Position numbers and translations under genes: made by a program
Notes under the pieces: model-generated
Told to the model about the DNA's origin: nothing
Seen by the model: the letters and a program-made list of their open reading frames with translations, nothing else
Database searches by the model: none
Source: Macrostomum hystrix
Taxonomy: Eukaryota; Animalia; Platyhelminthes
Length of the DNA: 64,000 bases
Direction: 5' to 3'
NCBI GenBank assembly: GCA_950097015.1
Contig: CATNEN010000024.1
Span: 5,332,001 to 5,396,000, forward strand
Shown: positions 39,401 through 51,600 of the stretch, in pieces
Numbering within the stretch: position 1 is the stretch's first letter
How the letters are laid out: each line of letters starts with the position of its first letter

Positions 39401-40114
39401 CTATTCTGCATCTGCCACCAACTTGGTGATGATGAAGTCTGGTCGGCTCTGAAATGAGGACCAGTACTGAAGGCTTCCTTTTTTTATTTTTTCATTGATA
39501 GATTGACTAATTACAGCTGAAAGTATCAACTCTTTATAAAGGAGGTTGTAGCCTTGTGATTAGAGCGTCGGACTCACGACTTGAAGGTCGGGGTTCGATT
39601 CCCGAGTACTCCACTGAAAGACACCTTTAGAAAGACACTTAACTCTGCATTGCTTCAGTTCACCCAGCTGTAGTAATTGAGGGTGGGTGTGGCGTCCCCC
39701 CAGTCCATGGACTGAACAGCCGTACGCAGCCTTCAGATGCGCCGCGCATTAGCTGCGGCTGTGCTGTCGGCTGCACATCTGGCCCAATCAGGGCAGGTGT
39801 AATCAATTATTGTTATTACTATTATCAACTCTTCTATACTTCCCTCTTCTGCTGCTTTCAGATCTGGTACAGCAGATGACACGACAGAAACTTCCCATCC
39901 AGACGCGACAACAGGTTTGCCACCCGAGTGTAACTCCGGCATCAGTCGCCTTCTGATCGAGTGCCAGCCCGACCAGCTCGATCATCCTGGATTCGCTGGC
40001 TCCAGCTGCGGCCTGTCAGCCGCTGCTCTGACTGCTAGGCTGAGAGCGTTGCTTTCAGCTGCCTCTGTTACTCTTGTCAATGACAATCAAAATAGTTTAG
40101 AATCGAATGTTTGA
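33410..40114 (+). CDS. DSTYK: DSTYK-like copy D: divergent dynamin-like GTPase fused to a predicted pseudokinase, ~926 aa, 7 exons
   Basis: Exons 33410-33689, 34160-34428, 34516-35650, 36442-36820, 37351-37630, 37866-38050, 39862-40114 total 2781 nt, with the same intron phases as copies A and B. G1 GQTKAGKS, G3 DTPG, G4 THMD; kinase HGNLRPSN and SDLG. The last exon is assigned from phase and weak similarity only. Confidence 0.72.
36085..36416 (-). mobile_element. SINE family 2, full length, in intron 3 of copy D
   Basis: Minus-strand head gagtggcagagcggttaacgcg...gctcgattccgcgg with A and B boxes. Confidence 0.85.
37160..37231. repeat. (gattgccatg) x7, 10-bp tandem repeat in intron 4 of copy D
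   Basis: Read directly. Confidence 0.95.
38634..39025 (-). mobile_element. 5'-truncated, frameshifted 3' fragment of an RTE-like non-LTR retrotransposon, in intron 6 of copy D
   Basis: Hand translation PYHAETWTLTEALEGQLTATHAALLRAAF...SLYKRARLTRPSDMLRQRRLRLAGHVIR resembles the YxxETWTL...RRLRxxGHVxR C-terminus of RTE-clade ORFs. Confidence 0.75.
39541..39823 (+). mobile_element. SINE family 1, with a near-perfect TSD tatcaactctt(c)tata
   Basis: Matches the 20607 copy; the flanking duplication is at ~39524-39538 and ~39823-39838. Confidence 0.85.
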
Positions 40115-40296
40115 CAAAAAGGGAGTTTGCCTTTCTCAAAAGCGCGAAAAGGTATTTGAATTAATCAACACTAGCTGTTAGCTTGCGTAGTCCTACTAAA
40201 TTAGTCCTTGATTTACGCCTTCAACAGGCAAGGCTGATCAAACTCACTGTGTCTTAGAACTCTTAATTGATAAATTTGTATAATTTACGAGTAATT

Positions 40297-40596
40297 GAAT
40301 AATAATAATTGATTACACCTGTCCGATTGGGCCAGATGTGCAGCCGACAGCACAGCCGCAGCTAATGCGCGGCGCATATGAAGGCTGCCTACAGCTGTTC
40401 AGTCCATGGACTGGGGGGACGCCAAACCCACCTTCAATTATCCCAGCTGATGCTGGTACCCATTTAACAGCTGGGTGAACTGAAGCAATGCAGAGTTAAG
40501 TGTCTTGCTAAAGGACACAAATTGTTCCAGTGGAGACGGGGATCGAACCCCCGACATTCAAGTCATGAGTCCGACGCTCTAACCACAAGGCTACAA
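40297..40596 (-). mobile_element. SINE family 1, inverted relative to the 39541 copy
   Basis: Reverse complement of the family-1 consensus, including the (aat)n tail at 40297-40310. Confidence 0.88.
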
Positions 40597-40630
40597 GTAC
40601 TCTTAAACTATCTGCAATCATTTAGTACTT

Positions 40631-40960
40631 TTATAAGCGAGCGTCCGACATCGAGCATGAGGCGACATATCGAGGTTGAAGTTTTCTGTCCAGACGCTGA
40701 CGGACGTGCGACAGAGCTTCCATGCTGTTCGTCAGCATCGGCGACCGCGTGCCGAACGTCCGCGAAGCTGGCTCGTCTGGGGCTGCCTTTTGTTCTGTGA
40801 GGACAGTTCTGCAATCGTAGGTCATGTCTACGAGTATAAGCTCGTACTTTAAAGGGGCGGCGCTGTTCCAGGTGGTCAGGACCGTCCTGCTGTACAAAGT
40901 TGGACGCTGGTAGAGTGGCTCCAACTGATGCGAGTCGAGGCGGAGCACGGTGGCTGGATT
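40631..40960 (-). other. Unassigned coding-like segment (possible terminal exon of an unknown gene)
   Basis: Open 105-codon GC-rich frame (LRLDSHQLEPLYQRPTLYSRTVLTTWNSAAPLKYELILVDM...) with a possible AG acceptor near 40955; no family recognised. Confidence 0.3.
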
Positions 40961-41940
40961 ACGAAAAATTGGAACTAAAATTTAAGGTTAAAAACGGCTT
41001 GCGATTAAAATTAAAAAAAAATCTGACTAATTCTACGCTCGAAATTCGAAATTTTGTATTTCACTCCGAATTGAATTGAACTGCGCGCTAGTTGCAGAAC
41101 TCATAAAACTATTTATTATGTTCGACTGCGCAGAAAATATCACGATGTAATCCTGGACATGCTTTATTTGCGTAGCCGCCTTTTCAAACCGAAATATTTT
41201 AGCTACGTTGCAGGCATTTCTGGGCCCATGGCCCTTTTATTCAGATGGCAGATCTGCTAGGCAACTGAAGCGGCCAGGGAAATTGAGTTTACGAGTATGT
41301 GCGGCTGTCCACGCCCACTGTCTTCATTCATATCTTCATTCGTGCGTGCATAATACAGACTAATTATGGCTTCATTAAGAAGCATAACTGAGAGTTTATA
41401 ATCCATATTCATTCTATTATCTATAGTATATAGCTAGACTCAAGCAGCGAAAACATGACCGAGCAACGCCCAAACCACTGAGAGGAGCCTGCTGCGAACA
41501 AACTCTTTGTTTCTGTATTTCTTCTGAGCTGATAGTTCTGGGTTCTAATGGCTTCAGGTCAGTTTGTTGAAGCAGACATCGTAGTTTTTATAGAGGTACT
41601 TTTGTCAGGATTCCGCGTTGCTAGGCTTTGCACAGATCACATCAAAGAGTGAACTATTTTCATTATGCACGGAAAAACGTCCAGTGCCATTTTTTTTCCT
41701 CTTGAAAAAGTCTCTGATTTCTTAGGTATCGTTGCATTTTAATCCCAGAAGACTATGGGAATAGGGCAATTGTTTATCCGCCTTGTCCAGCCAATGAGCG
41801 CTCACTGCTGGGACTGCTGGATAAGGTGTGGCTATAAAATTAACATAAATAGCTCGTACACATATTTGATATAAATCTAAAGCATTTAAAGCTATATTGA
41901 GAGGCTATTCTATCAACATCTGCACTTTATTGCTGTCACG

Positions 41941-43367
41941 ATGCATGGAAATTTGCTAGCCTGCTTCATCTATCTGTTTGCCATCGGTCAAATTGCTGTA
42001 GGCGAAATGCCACGGAAAGCATGTGAGTTTTACGGTCAATATTCATTGATTTGAGGCAGAAGAATTTCAAAGTGGACATATGAAAAGTGTGTTCCTTCTC
42101 ACATTTAGACTCATTAAATATATATTTCCCAATTTATATAATTGTCATCGGTCGTAAGTACAGACCACTCATTCGGTCCAATGTGGTTGCGCCACGGAGT
42201 TAGTGGAGGCTGCAGAGCGACTTGCTCAGAACGGTCTTGAAAGCCGAGTTTCATAGTTTTTCAATATCATTTGCCACGGAGGAAACGAGCTTGCTGTTAG
42301 AGATTTGGACTTCTGAACGAGAGGTCGTGGGTTCGAATCCAAGCCTTAGGGAAGCTAACTTTTTCCTTGAGCAAGGCACCTAATTCCCGACTCTGATTCA
42401 GCTTATCCAGCTGTAAAATGGGTACCCGCGTCAACTGCCTCCCAGTGCAGAGCCAGTGGCTGCACTCTTTATCTTTAATATCGTGTACTTTTTGTGATTA
42501 TCAATGTGGTAACAGGTTGCGTCAGCACTCTTTGTCTGAACTGTCCATGTGACAGTTGTAGGTTGTAGCCTTGTGGTTAGATCGTCAGACTCGCGACTGT
42601 TAAATGGGTATTAACATTAGCTAGGGTAAATTAGGGTGGGTGTGGCTTACTCCAGTCCATGGACTGAACAGCCGTACGCAGTCTTTAGATGTGCCGCCCA
42701 ATAGCTGCGACTGTGTTGTCGGCTGCACATCTTGCAGGTGCAATAAATTAAGACTATCCTATATTATTGTTATAATTGTCCATGTTAAATGAATTCCTCC
42801 GCAGGCTTCCTGGCGCCGATCACGAAGACCGCCTTGTCATCGGGCATCATTAGTTCCAGCGAGCCGCCAGCCAACCTCAGCGAAATCTCAGTCTACGAGA
42901 GCGAGAAAATCTGCCTGTTCCGGCTCACCGACAGCTATTTCCTCACCTGGAACCAGGCAGCCGAGTTCTGCGCCCTGTTCAACGCCACGCTGCCAATGCT
43001 GAGAACTGCCTATGGATGGCAGCAGCTGAGAGTATACACTTCGAATCGACGCTTCTGGACAGGGTACACGCGCACCAGCGGTTCGACCTGGACCTGGCAG
43101 CCGGGGAGCGACTTAGCCGGCTCTCTTGCTACCGATGACTTCCAGAAGGGCAGCAACATCACAGGGATAGATTGGAGTAAGTCGGAGCCGAGCAACTCAT
43201 ACTCCGCCGAGGACTGCACAACAATGAGCTACGATGGCGGACTGGCCGACTATCCGTGCTCCATCGTACCGCCCTGGGACTCCTGTACTGAGTCTGCCGA
43301 TGTTGTGCTCACAGTATGCCACCGCTCTGACATCGAGAGTAAGTTCACCCACCTGACTGGTTGCTAA
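41941..43367 (+). CDS. Secreted single-domain C-type lectin, ~214 aa, 2 exons
   Basis: Exon 41941-42022 (signal-peptide-like MHGNLLACFIYLFAIGQIAVG, gtgagt donor, phase 1) joins 42805-43367 in frame. CTLD motifs: TWNQAAEFC, FWTG, WTW, WSKSEPSN, EDC, DYPC. Confidence 0.78.
42280..42745 (+). mobile_element. Two degenerate SINE pieces in the lectin intron (42280-42445 and 42555-42745)
   Basis: B box gggttcgaatcc and cagctgtaaaatgggtacc box; the second piece is a family-1 copy with an internal deletion. Confidence 0.65.
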
Positions 43368-43743
43368 AGTAGTGTCTGCTTCAAAATTAGTGAGGCTTCG
43401 GAGAGCGGTTTGTTCTTCTCTGTCGAGGCCCCACCTGGTTGTGCTTTAAAGTGCATTTCTCTTTCCAATTCGAATGACTTTACAGTTTGCAGGTTTATTG
43501 AAACACCACCCACGGTGTCGACTCCACGTGACTATTATATTATTGTCCTAGCCACTTTTGCAGGTGAGCTATCTCGATCTGGTGCTTTCAGTTTTAATGC
43601 TACTCGAAAGTCAAAGCTATATAAGACCTTTGGGCTAAACGGCTCATTGCACAGTCTTCGAACCTCAGGTCCAACAGCCAAGTTCATAGTATCATTTCTA
43701 TCTATCTTAGATAGATAGAAACAACCAAAGAGCAAGAAAGAAA

Positions 43744-44310
43744 AAGCAAGAAACCTGAAACTAACTAGGAATCGCAGCAAGTAACCTGAACTAACTAGGA
43801 ATCGCAGCAAGTAACCTGAACTAACTGGGAATCGTAGCAAGAAACCTGAAGTAACTAGGAATCGCAGCAAGAAACCTGAAGTAACTAAGAATCGCAGCAA
43901 GTAAGCTGAAACTAAATAAGAATCGCAGCAAGAAACCTGAAGTAACTAAGAATCGCAGCAAGTAAGCTGAAACTAAATAAGAATCGCAGCAAGCAACCTG
44001 AAACTAACTAGGAATCGCAGAAAATAACTTGAAACTAACTAGGAATCGCAGAAAATAACTTGAAACTAACTAGGAATCGCAGAAAATAACTTGAAACTAA
44101 CTAGGAATCGCAGAAAATAACTTGAAACTAACTAGGAATCGCAGAAAATAACTTGAAACTAACTAGGAATCGCAGCAGGAAACCTGAACTAACTAGGAAT
44201 CGTAGCAAGAAAACTGAAACTAACTAGGAATCGCAGCAAGAAACCTGAAACTAACTAGAAATCGCAGCAAGAAACCTGAAACTAACTAGAAATCGCAGCA
44301 AGAATCCTTA
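43744..44310. repeat. 30-31-bp tandem minisatellite, ~18 copies
   Basis: Unit ~gaaacctgaaactaactaggaatcgcagcaa; atcgc recurs at 43771 and 43801. Confidence 0.93.
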
Positions 44311-45286
44311 AAATAACTAATAATCACTACTGAAATACCAAAACCGTTGATATTTTCTAAAAAATGCAGCCATCATCGGCTGCGCATCAACAGTCCTGGG
44401 CGTCCGCTTCATAATGAATTCTGTTGAAAAGCGGTCTCGGTCGGATATTGACAGCGCCAGCTTGCAGACGGCAGCCGAGAGAAGGAAGCTTCGAAAGCAG
44501 CGCGGACACGCCGATCGAGAAGATGACCAGGAGGTCAGGGAATAGACTTGGCGGTAGAGTGTGATTAAGCCGACTGCAGTTATGAAGGCAGTCCGAAATT
44601 TCTATTCAGACTGACATAAAACTGACAGACTGACTATTCAGAATGACATTTGAGTTTGAATAAAGAGCGAATAAAAGAGCCATCAATACCTACAACCCAT
44701 GCAGTTGGTGTAAACGGAAAACATAATGCTAACCCTTTTCAATCTTATGATCGTTGCTATTGACCTATTTATTATCTAAAATTCCATAGTTGCTGCAATC
44801 ACCTGATCCAAAACTATATAATGTAAAACCGGCAAAATTTTCGTCTTTTCTCTACTTGTTTCGTGAAATACAACTGAGTCAGCAATTAAAACTCAATAGT
44901 GTCTATTAGTACATTTATATACGTAGTTTGCGTCGATAGTTATAAGATAATTGTTTATGTTGTTTACAACGTTTTTAAAATTCTCACCCGAATTAGGATC
45001 CGTTTAATGCGGCACGCCATAATTACTGCCGCGAGTAGAGACTGGGGTTTTTTATTTAAGGTAAAGGTTAGGTTAAGGTTAAGCTTACAAAAGCAAGTGC
45101 ATGATGCTAGGGGAGCGAAAGTTGGCTACATCGCAGCTGTTTCTAGAGTCTCTGTCATCTGTGCTATGTAATTTGCGAGTAACTCTGCTAATTCTCCATA
45201 TTCTTGAATCATCAAGTAGAAGGCCTTAGATCAAGTAGAGAGCTGATGGAAAAAAGCTCACTGCTGCAATCACGGGCAGATCTCGG

Positions 45287-45455
45287 CAGTGGCGTAGCTA
45301 GGAATTTTCGATGGGGGGATAAAGGAAAAAAATTTAAACGAACAATTAAAAAATTGACTGTATTTTAATGGTAATACTCCCCTTTTAACTCTCCCACAAT
45401 TTTTATGCCGCTTGGGGGGATATATCCCCGTATCCCCCCCCTATCTACGCCACTG
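45287..45455. mobile_element. 169-bp hAT-type MITE
   Basis: TIRs CAGTGGCGTAG / CTACGCCACTG; perfect 8-bp TSD gatctcgg at 45279-45286 and 45456-45463. Confidence 0.88.
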
Positions 45456-47197
45456 GATCTCGGTGACAATAATATAAGATTTGGTTTTGATTAGAGGCAA
45501 TCCTATCATCCAATCAAAATTCTGCTAACAAATGGTGGAGCCGTAGAATTATTAGCGCTGGTTGGATGACACATAAACAATGTACCGACGCGAAAAATCC
45601 TCCGTTTATCAGTTTATTCCTTACACTTTTATAACTTTTCGTTTGTTTAACTTCCGAAATCGATACTCTTCAGAACGTCTCAATTTTGATTTCGTCGAAA
45701 GGAGTTACGAACGTGCGTGTGGCTGGCTGACCCCACACTAATTTGGACGTCTATCCATCTGCCTAAAAGTCAGTTAACTCAAACAACTGTTTATATTGAA
45801 TATTTGTATCTAAATTGGATATTGTAAAGTCAAACCTCATCATGGTTATATTAGTTAACTATAAATCTTGCAATGAGGCTTAGTTTTTTTTCATTTTTAT
45901 GCTTTTTTAATTTACGACCCGTATTAGGCCTATAGGCCTAGCTTTTGCTGACCAGTGTCCAGTGACAACTCTCAGGTTCATGTCATGTCGCTCTTATATG
46001 CAGGAAATTTTAATGCATATTTGTGTTTGCTTGGCTTGGAACACACATGGCACGGAATATGTATACGGAATAGACATAACTTAATTACCTACCTAGCACA
46101 GTCAATTTTTGTGGTTCCAGTCTCTTTGTCTGCTGCCATCTCGTCTGCCAAGAAGAGACGAGATGGAGGGTTGAATTATTTTTTGGCAAGTGAAATTCAC
46201 AAGAAGACGGGTTTGGCCTTAACAGATATGAGAATAAATTTAATCCCTTGCTATCAGTAACATGCCAGTGTGTGGAAATTATTCAATTAACTTTTTTAGT
46301 TCTTTTAATAATGTTAACAGTACATAATTTTCTTTTTGTGTGCAGTAATTCCCTGCCATGCAAGTGAGAGACCACTTGCTAAATTATGAACAGGAATAGT
46401 TAGCTTAGTTAGGCCTAGCTGGAGTTTTCCGCAAACCAAAATCACTGTTCTGTTATGTTTCTTGTCATGTGCATATTTAAACAATCAATAGGCCCTACAA
46501 CATTTTTTAAGACAATAAAAGCTGTAGCAGTGGACTTAGTTTTAATTGTCATTATGGCTGACAATTTTGTAAAAAAGTTGTTTTAAAGACAAGTTAATAG
46601 CAGATGAGATAGCTATAGACAAAAATATTGAAAAACATTTTTGGGTAGCTAGCTTCACTTGTTGCACATAGCATTGTCTTGACAATATTAAGTTTTACAT
46701 TATGTATATCAGCTAACCACTTACAGCTAGCCAAGCCAAAATCATTGCAATAGAAAATTATAAAGTAAAATTGCTCTATTGTCTTAAATTTATTCCATTT
46801 TAATGTTTATCCATTAATTACATTTTGTATATATTTAATATATATTATGGTTTATTTGTTTCATTTTCTGTATAGCTATTGCCATTACATATATTTTTAC
46901 TGTACTATGCTTTGTAGTTTGTTTTCCTAGTTGGCTAGCTAGCTATATATATATATATATATTAATAGTATATAATATATAATAAATATTATAGTTAATA
47001 CTATGATTAGGCTATAGATAGCTTACTAGTTAATGAAGACAAAGTATTTTCGCCCCAGTGAGCTAACAGGTTAGAAGTTGATATGGCCTAGTTTTGAATC
47101 GATTGAAGTTGAAAATGGTGCAAGCCACTTTCGGCTATGGAAATTTCAGCACAGTACACTGGAAAAGTTCCGGTTCTACTATCTATATAATCTATTA

Positions 47198-47445
47198 GGC
47201 TTTTCATTTTGCCGATTGCAGAACCAGAATCGGTTTGGAATTTCTAAGAAAAGAGAGAATAACAACATCGATTTTTGCTCACATGCCCACAAAAATTATT
47301 TTTCTTCTCAGGATTTTTGCCAACTTCCTGATTTAAAAAAAAATATTTTCCAAAGCAACTATCTCACCCGCTAAGGCGCAAAAAGTTATACTGCTCAAAA
47401 TGGATCTGGTTCTGGTTCTGGAAGGAAGCGGCAAAATGAAAAGCC
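47198..47445. mobile_element. 248-bp MITE with TA TSD, nested in the Helentron 3' region
   Basis: TIRs GGCTTTTCATTTTGCCG / CGGCAAAATGAAAAGCC, flanked by TA on both sides. Confidence 0.7.
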
Positions 47446-47769
47446 TATATATAATCTACTGTGTAATTCCGGTATGACAATTCAAATGTTAGAGAGACAT
47501 CCGTGAAGGAATCACCAGCTTGATGAAAAATATCTCTTGGCATATGGACATACATGTGTCAGCCATGTAATCCTTAAGAACATGGTGAGGAGCAAAATTT
47601 CAAATATAAATTTAAAATTGTCATACAGAACTGAGCTTGTCATAAATAAGCATTGACTTACTTATGTGGAAAGGCAGAGACCTGCAGAGACCAGAAGATA
47701 GGCTGTCAGGGGCTAGCAGGAATCAGCAGACAGGGCAGAGCAGCAGAAACTGGCAGATAGGTTGTCAGA

Positions 47770-48610
47770 GAGGCCAACTGAGACTGGCAGACAGGCTGGC
47801 AGAGAGGCCGACTGAGACTGGCAGACAGGCTGGCAGAGAGGCCGACTGAGACTGGCAGTGAGGCCGGCTGAGACTGGTCATCAGGGATGGGTGTGGCAGC
47901 TGCACTGTGGACACCTTGAGAGTGGAATCATACGTGTAACAAAAATTATCGCAATGATACATGTACCTATAGCAGAGATCAAGGACCGGATGCGACATAG
48001 GAAACTGATAGAAAATGTTGCTACAAATAACTGCTTTTTCGATAAATATAGATATTTGAGTAAGGCAAGTCCAGTGACCAGGGTATGTTAAGGTTACATG
48101 TATATTCATGTACACACCTGTCAATGACCGGCAGTCTGCGGCAGATACATGTACATGTAGTCAAGGCAAGCCGGCAGATGAACTGGCAGAGCTAGACTGG
48201 TAGACAAATAGGCAGACAGGCCAGCCAGCATAGACCAGTAGACAAGCCGACAGACAGTTAACAGGCCAGCAGTAAACAGGCCAACATAGACCAGTAGACA
48301 AACCGGTAGACAGGCCAACATAGACCAGTAGACAAACCGGTAGACAGGCCAACATAGACCAGTAGACAAACCGGTAGACAGGCCAACATAGACCAGTAGA
48401 CAAACCGGTAGACAGTCTAACATAGACCAGTAGACAAACTGGTAGACAGGCCAACATAGACCAGTAGACAAGCCAGTAGACAGGCCAAAATAGAACAGTA
48501 GATAAGTCAGTAGACAGACCAGAATAGACCAGTAGACAGACCAGAATAGACCAGTAGACAGACCAGAATAGACCAGTAGACAGACCAGAATAGACCAGTA
48601 GACAAGCTGG
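47770..48610. repeat. AGAC-rich minisatellites (34-bp and 22-bp units) downstream of the RepHel stop
   Basis: ggcagacaggctggcagagaggccgactgagact x~2.5; agaccagtagacaaaccggtagacaggccaacat x~7; agaccagtagacagaccagaat x~4. Confidence 0.88.
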
Positions 48611-48641
48611 CAGACAGGCCAGGTAGAATATTTAAATTTTA

Positions 48642-51600
48642 CTATTGGGGCTGCAGGCGAAGAAGTCGTTTCTGTTCTGCAACTTTTACTTTCACAGTCT
48701 CCTTTCCACACAACTTTAAAAACCGATCATAGTCGCATGCGTTTACGCGAATGTCAGCTAGTCGTCTAACGCGGCTCAGTGCAGTGTATAGCAATCCAGA
48801 AGCCTCTTTCTTAGAACCAGAATGGCCCAAGTCTACAAAGACTTTATTCAAAGTGAGCCCCTGAGACTTGTGGACAGTTATAGCCCAAGCTAGCTTGATT
48901 GGCAATTGCTTTATACTGGATAAAGAATCAACTTCTGAAACAGCAAGAGTAATGGGTAGAATTGGAACAACATTACACATTTCATTTAGTCCTTGTTGCT
49001 GAAAGCATGGATTAGCCACTTGCATAGAAGGGCCATTGTATTTATCAAATTCAACCCAAACAACGGATGGTAAGCTGGGTGGTTTTGTGCCAGGGAGAAG
49101 CATATTCCTCGAACAGTTCCTGTGGATCCATTTACTAAGCCATGTCTCACTGATATGTTTCTTGTTAGCATTACTCGGCAGCCGACAGCCAGAAACAATT
49201 CCTCATGGAGCCCTGAGAAACAATCGGAACGTTTGTCTGAAGGAATGGAACCTGTTAATAAAGCATTGACGATGCATACGGGTTGACCCGAGTTAGTACA
49301 CAACTCTGCTAGTTTGTGATAATTTTCTTCAAGGACTCGTTTATTTGTATGATACAGATGGGTACACTCTTCGTTAAACTCCGGAGGCATCAAATCAGAC
49401 GCTGCAACACGACACTCTTTACTCATGAGAACATTGTATGTGTCTCTATTTGCATTCCCTTCACGAATCTTCTGCAACAATTCAGCAAAGCGTTGATCTT
49501 GTGCCTGACGTACTAATTGATCAAGATGAATGACAGTACGGAACTCCAAGTACAACATTCTACCCAACTTTTTCGATTCACTTGCAGCTTTAAAACTGGT
49601 TTGCAGTTTTGTTCGATTGACGGCAACAGATGAGTACAAAGCAGAGTCTAGAACGGGTGGCAGTTGAAAAACATCACCAACAAGGATAATTGAACGCCCT
49701 CCGAAAGTGCACTCCTTGCTACGCGGAAAAGCCATCCTTAATCGAGCGTCCACTGATGCAAGCAACTTCTGACCTATCATACTAAATTCGTCCATAATTA
49801 GGTAGTCAACCTGAGCAAAATCATTTTGAAGATTTGCTAATGCACGCCCAGACATTGGAGAAGCTTCATTGTTCCACTTTTGTTTCCTTCCAGTCGTTAT
49901 TCGTAGCGCTGAGTGAAGGGTTTCGCCTCCAATATTGTAAGCGGCAACACCAGTTGGAGCGAAAAGGCGGCATCTGTTGCCTAGAAGCTGCTTCAGTGCA
50001 CTGATGACAAAACTTTTTCCACTTCCAGCACTACCGTAAATGATGAGACGCAGTGGCTGCACTTTCGAAACCGCACCTTCGAAAGAAGCAGTTTGACGTT
50101 CGTTATCAAGGCATTGCAAATGATTAGAAACTAAATCATACACCTGTCGCTGCTTTACATTCAACTGCCTTAGACATACAACAGCTTCACCTCCATCGAC
50201 CAATCCTTTTGAATTTGACTTTATGTTTCTTATTAGCTCGCTAGCCTCCACTAATGAGGGGAATCGGATCATAGACGAACTCCAGTCATAATCTGCTGGC
50301 ACAGGTGGGAATCTATTTAACAATCGAGTCCTCGGATCCTGCATGGCTTCATCATGACGTGTAGCTAGCATTTGCATCCACTCTTCCTGTCTGACATCGG
50401 GCCGTGAAGGTTCAGCAACAGAAGCAGCATTCTCTACCGGAAGATCTGGTGCACGATCTGCTTGAGCTTGTTGCATGGCATCTGCTTCGTCACGCTGAAG
50501 CTGTACCAAATTTGTAACGATGAGAGGGCAGAATTCATCTGATTCAGCTTGTCGTTGATTGTATGCTTCGCGCCAAGTGGTAGCAACGCCTTTGGCATCC
50601 TGCTCTGTGCGCCACGAAGTATACAGAAGCGTTTGTTGACGAAAGAATTCTTCTTGCTTGTCAGGATTGGCAGCATTGGCTCTCAAAGTAGGATTAACGA
50701 TCAAAACAGCTTCTCTTCCTTCTGGTCTCCACGCAACTTGATTTCGAACAAATACCAACTTACTGAAGAATTCAAACATTGTCATGTCATCAAACATCGC
50801 GGAGCGATTTTTGTACTTGTCGAGACTATTTTTGCATGTGCCTCGCTGAGAAATCATTCTATTGTAGCCTGTTTGAACGAAAACGAAGTCTCTCGATGCA
50901 CGATACATCGGAGTCTGAAGTAAAAGATGGCATACCTCTTGAGCACTATAATCACGACTGCCAATCTGACTCATTAATTGCTGTTGAACAATTCGCTGAG
51001 CTCTGTCTGTCCGTGGGCGACCATCAATAGCGTTTCCGTTTTGCATATCTGCTTGCTCTTTCTCTGCTTCCAATGCAGCTTCGCCACTTAACTTTTCCAA
51101 ATGCTTTGAGGGCACTTCACCTTTGCTTGTATACTTTATCAAATATCGGACCAGACACTTTGGTGAAACAACAACTTGAACGTCTACGTTGGCACGCCAT
51201 GCGCACAAAACTTGGGGGTTATATATACCCATTCGGTCGTCATTTCGTTGTGTTTCAACCTCCCAGTGCAGTCGTGAAATTCTCTTTGCAGTAGTCACTT
51301 CCCTAAGTTGTCTTGGGTACTTAAATCGGCACAGATCTTTGCCATGTTGAGTGCGCAAGCACTTTTCGCTGCAGCGACTGTGACGTTGGATTAAGTGAGC
51401 AATCAATTGTAAATCAGCTTTATTATTGACAATTTGGGTTGGATTCGAACGAGATGGATGCCTCTCAGGAGGAATTTTTTGATAGCGCACATTATTTCCA
51501 CTCTCCGATCCATCAATTGCCACGTTAATGCTTGTTGTGTACTTATCAACGAAGGCGCGCATTTGTTCTTCAGTTACTTTTTCGGATCTGACATCGAAGC

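Noticed and set aside
42150-42240. Possible extra lectin exon (YHSFGPMWLRHGVSGGCRATCSER)
   Set aside because: Weak donor (gtcttg) in phase 2, incompatible with the phase-1 acceptor at 42805; the two-exon model is already in frame.
43535-43900. 121-aa ORF with LLRFLVTSGF repeats
   Set aside because: Translation of the 30-bp array.
44400-44560. GC-rich stretch with short open frames on both strands
   Set aside because: No recognisable motif, no splice-supported link to neighbouring exons, and too short to call.
48121-48711. Hydrophobic 196-aa and 98-aa ORFs resembling membrane proteins
   Set aside because: Translations of the AGAC-rich 34-bp and 22-bp minisatellites.
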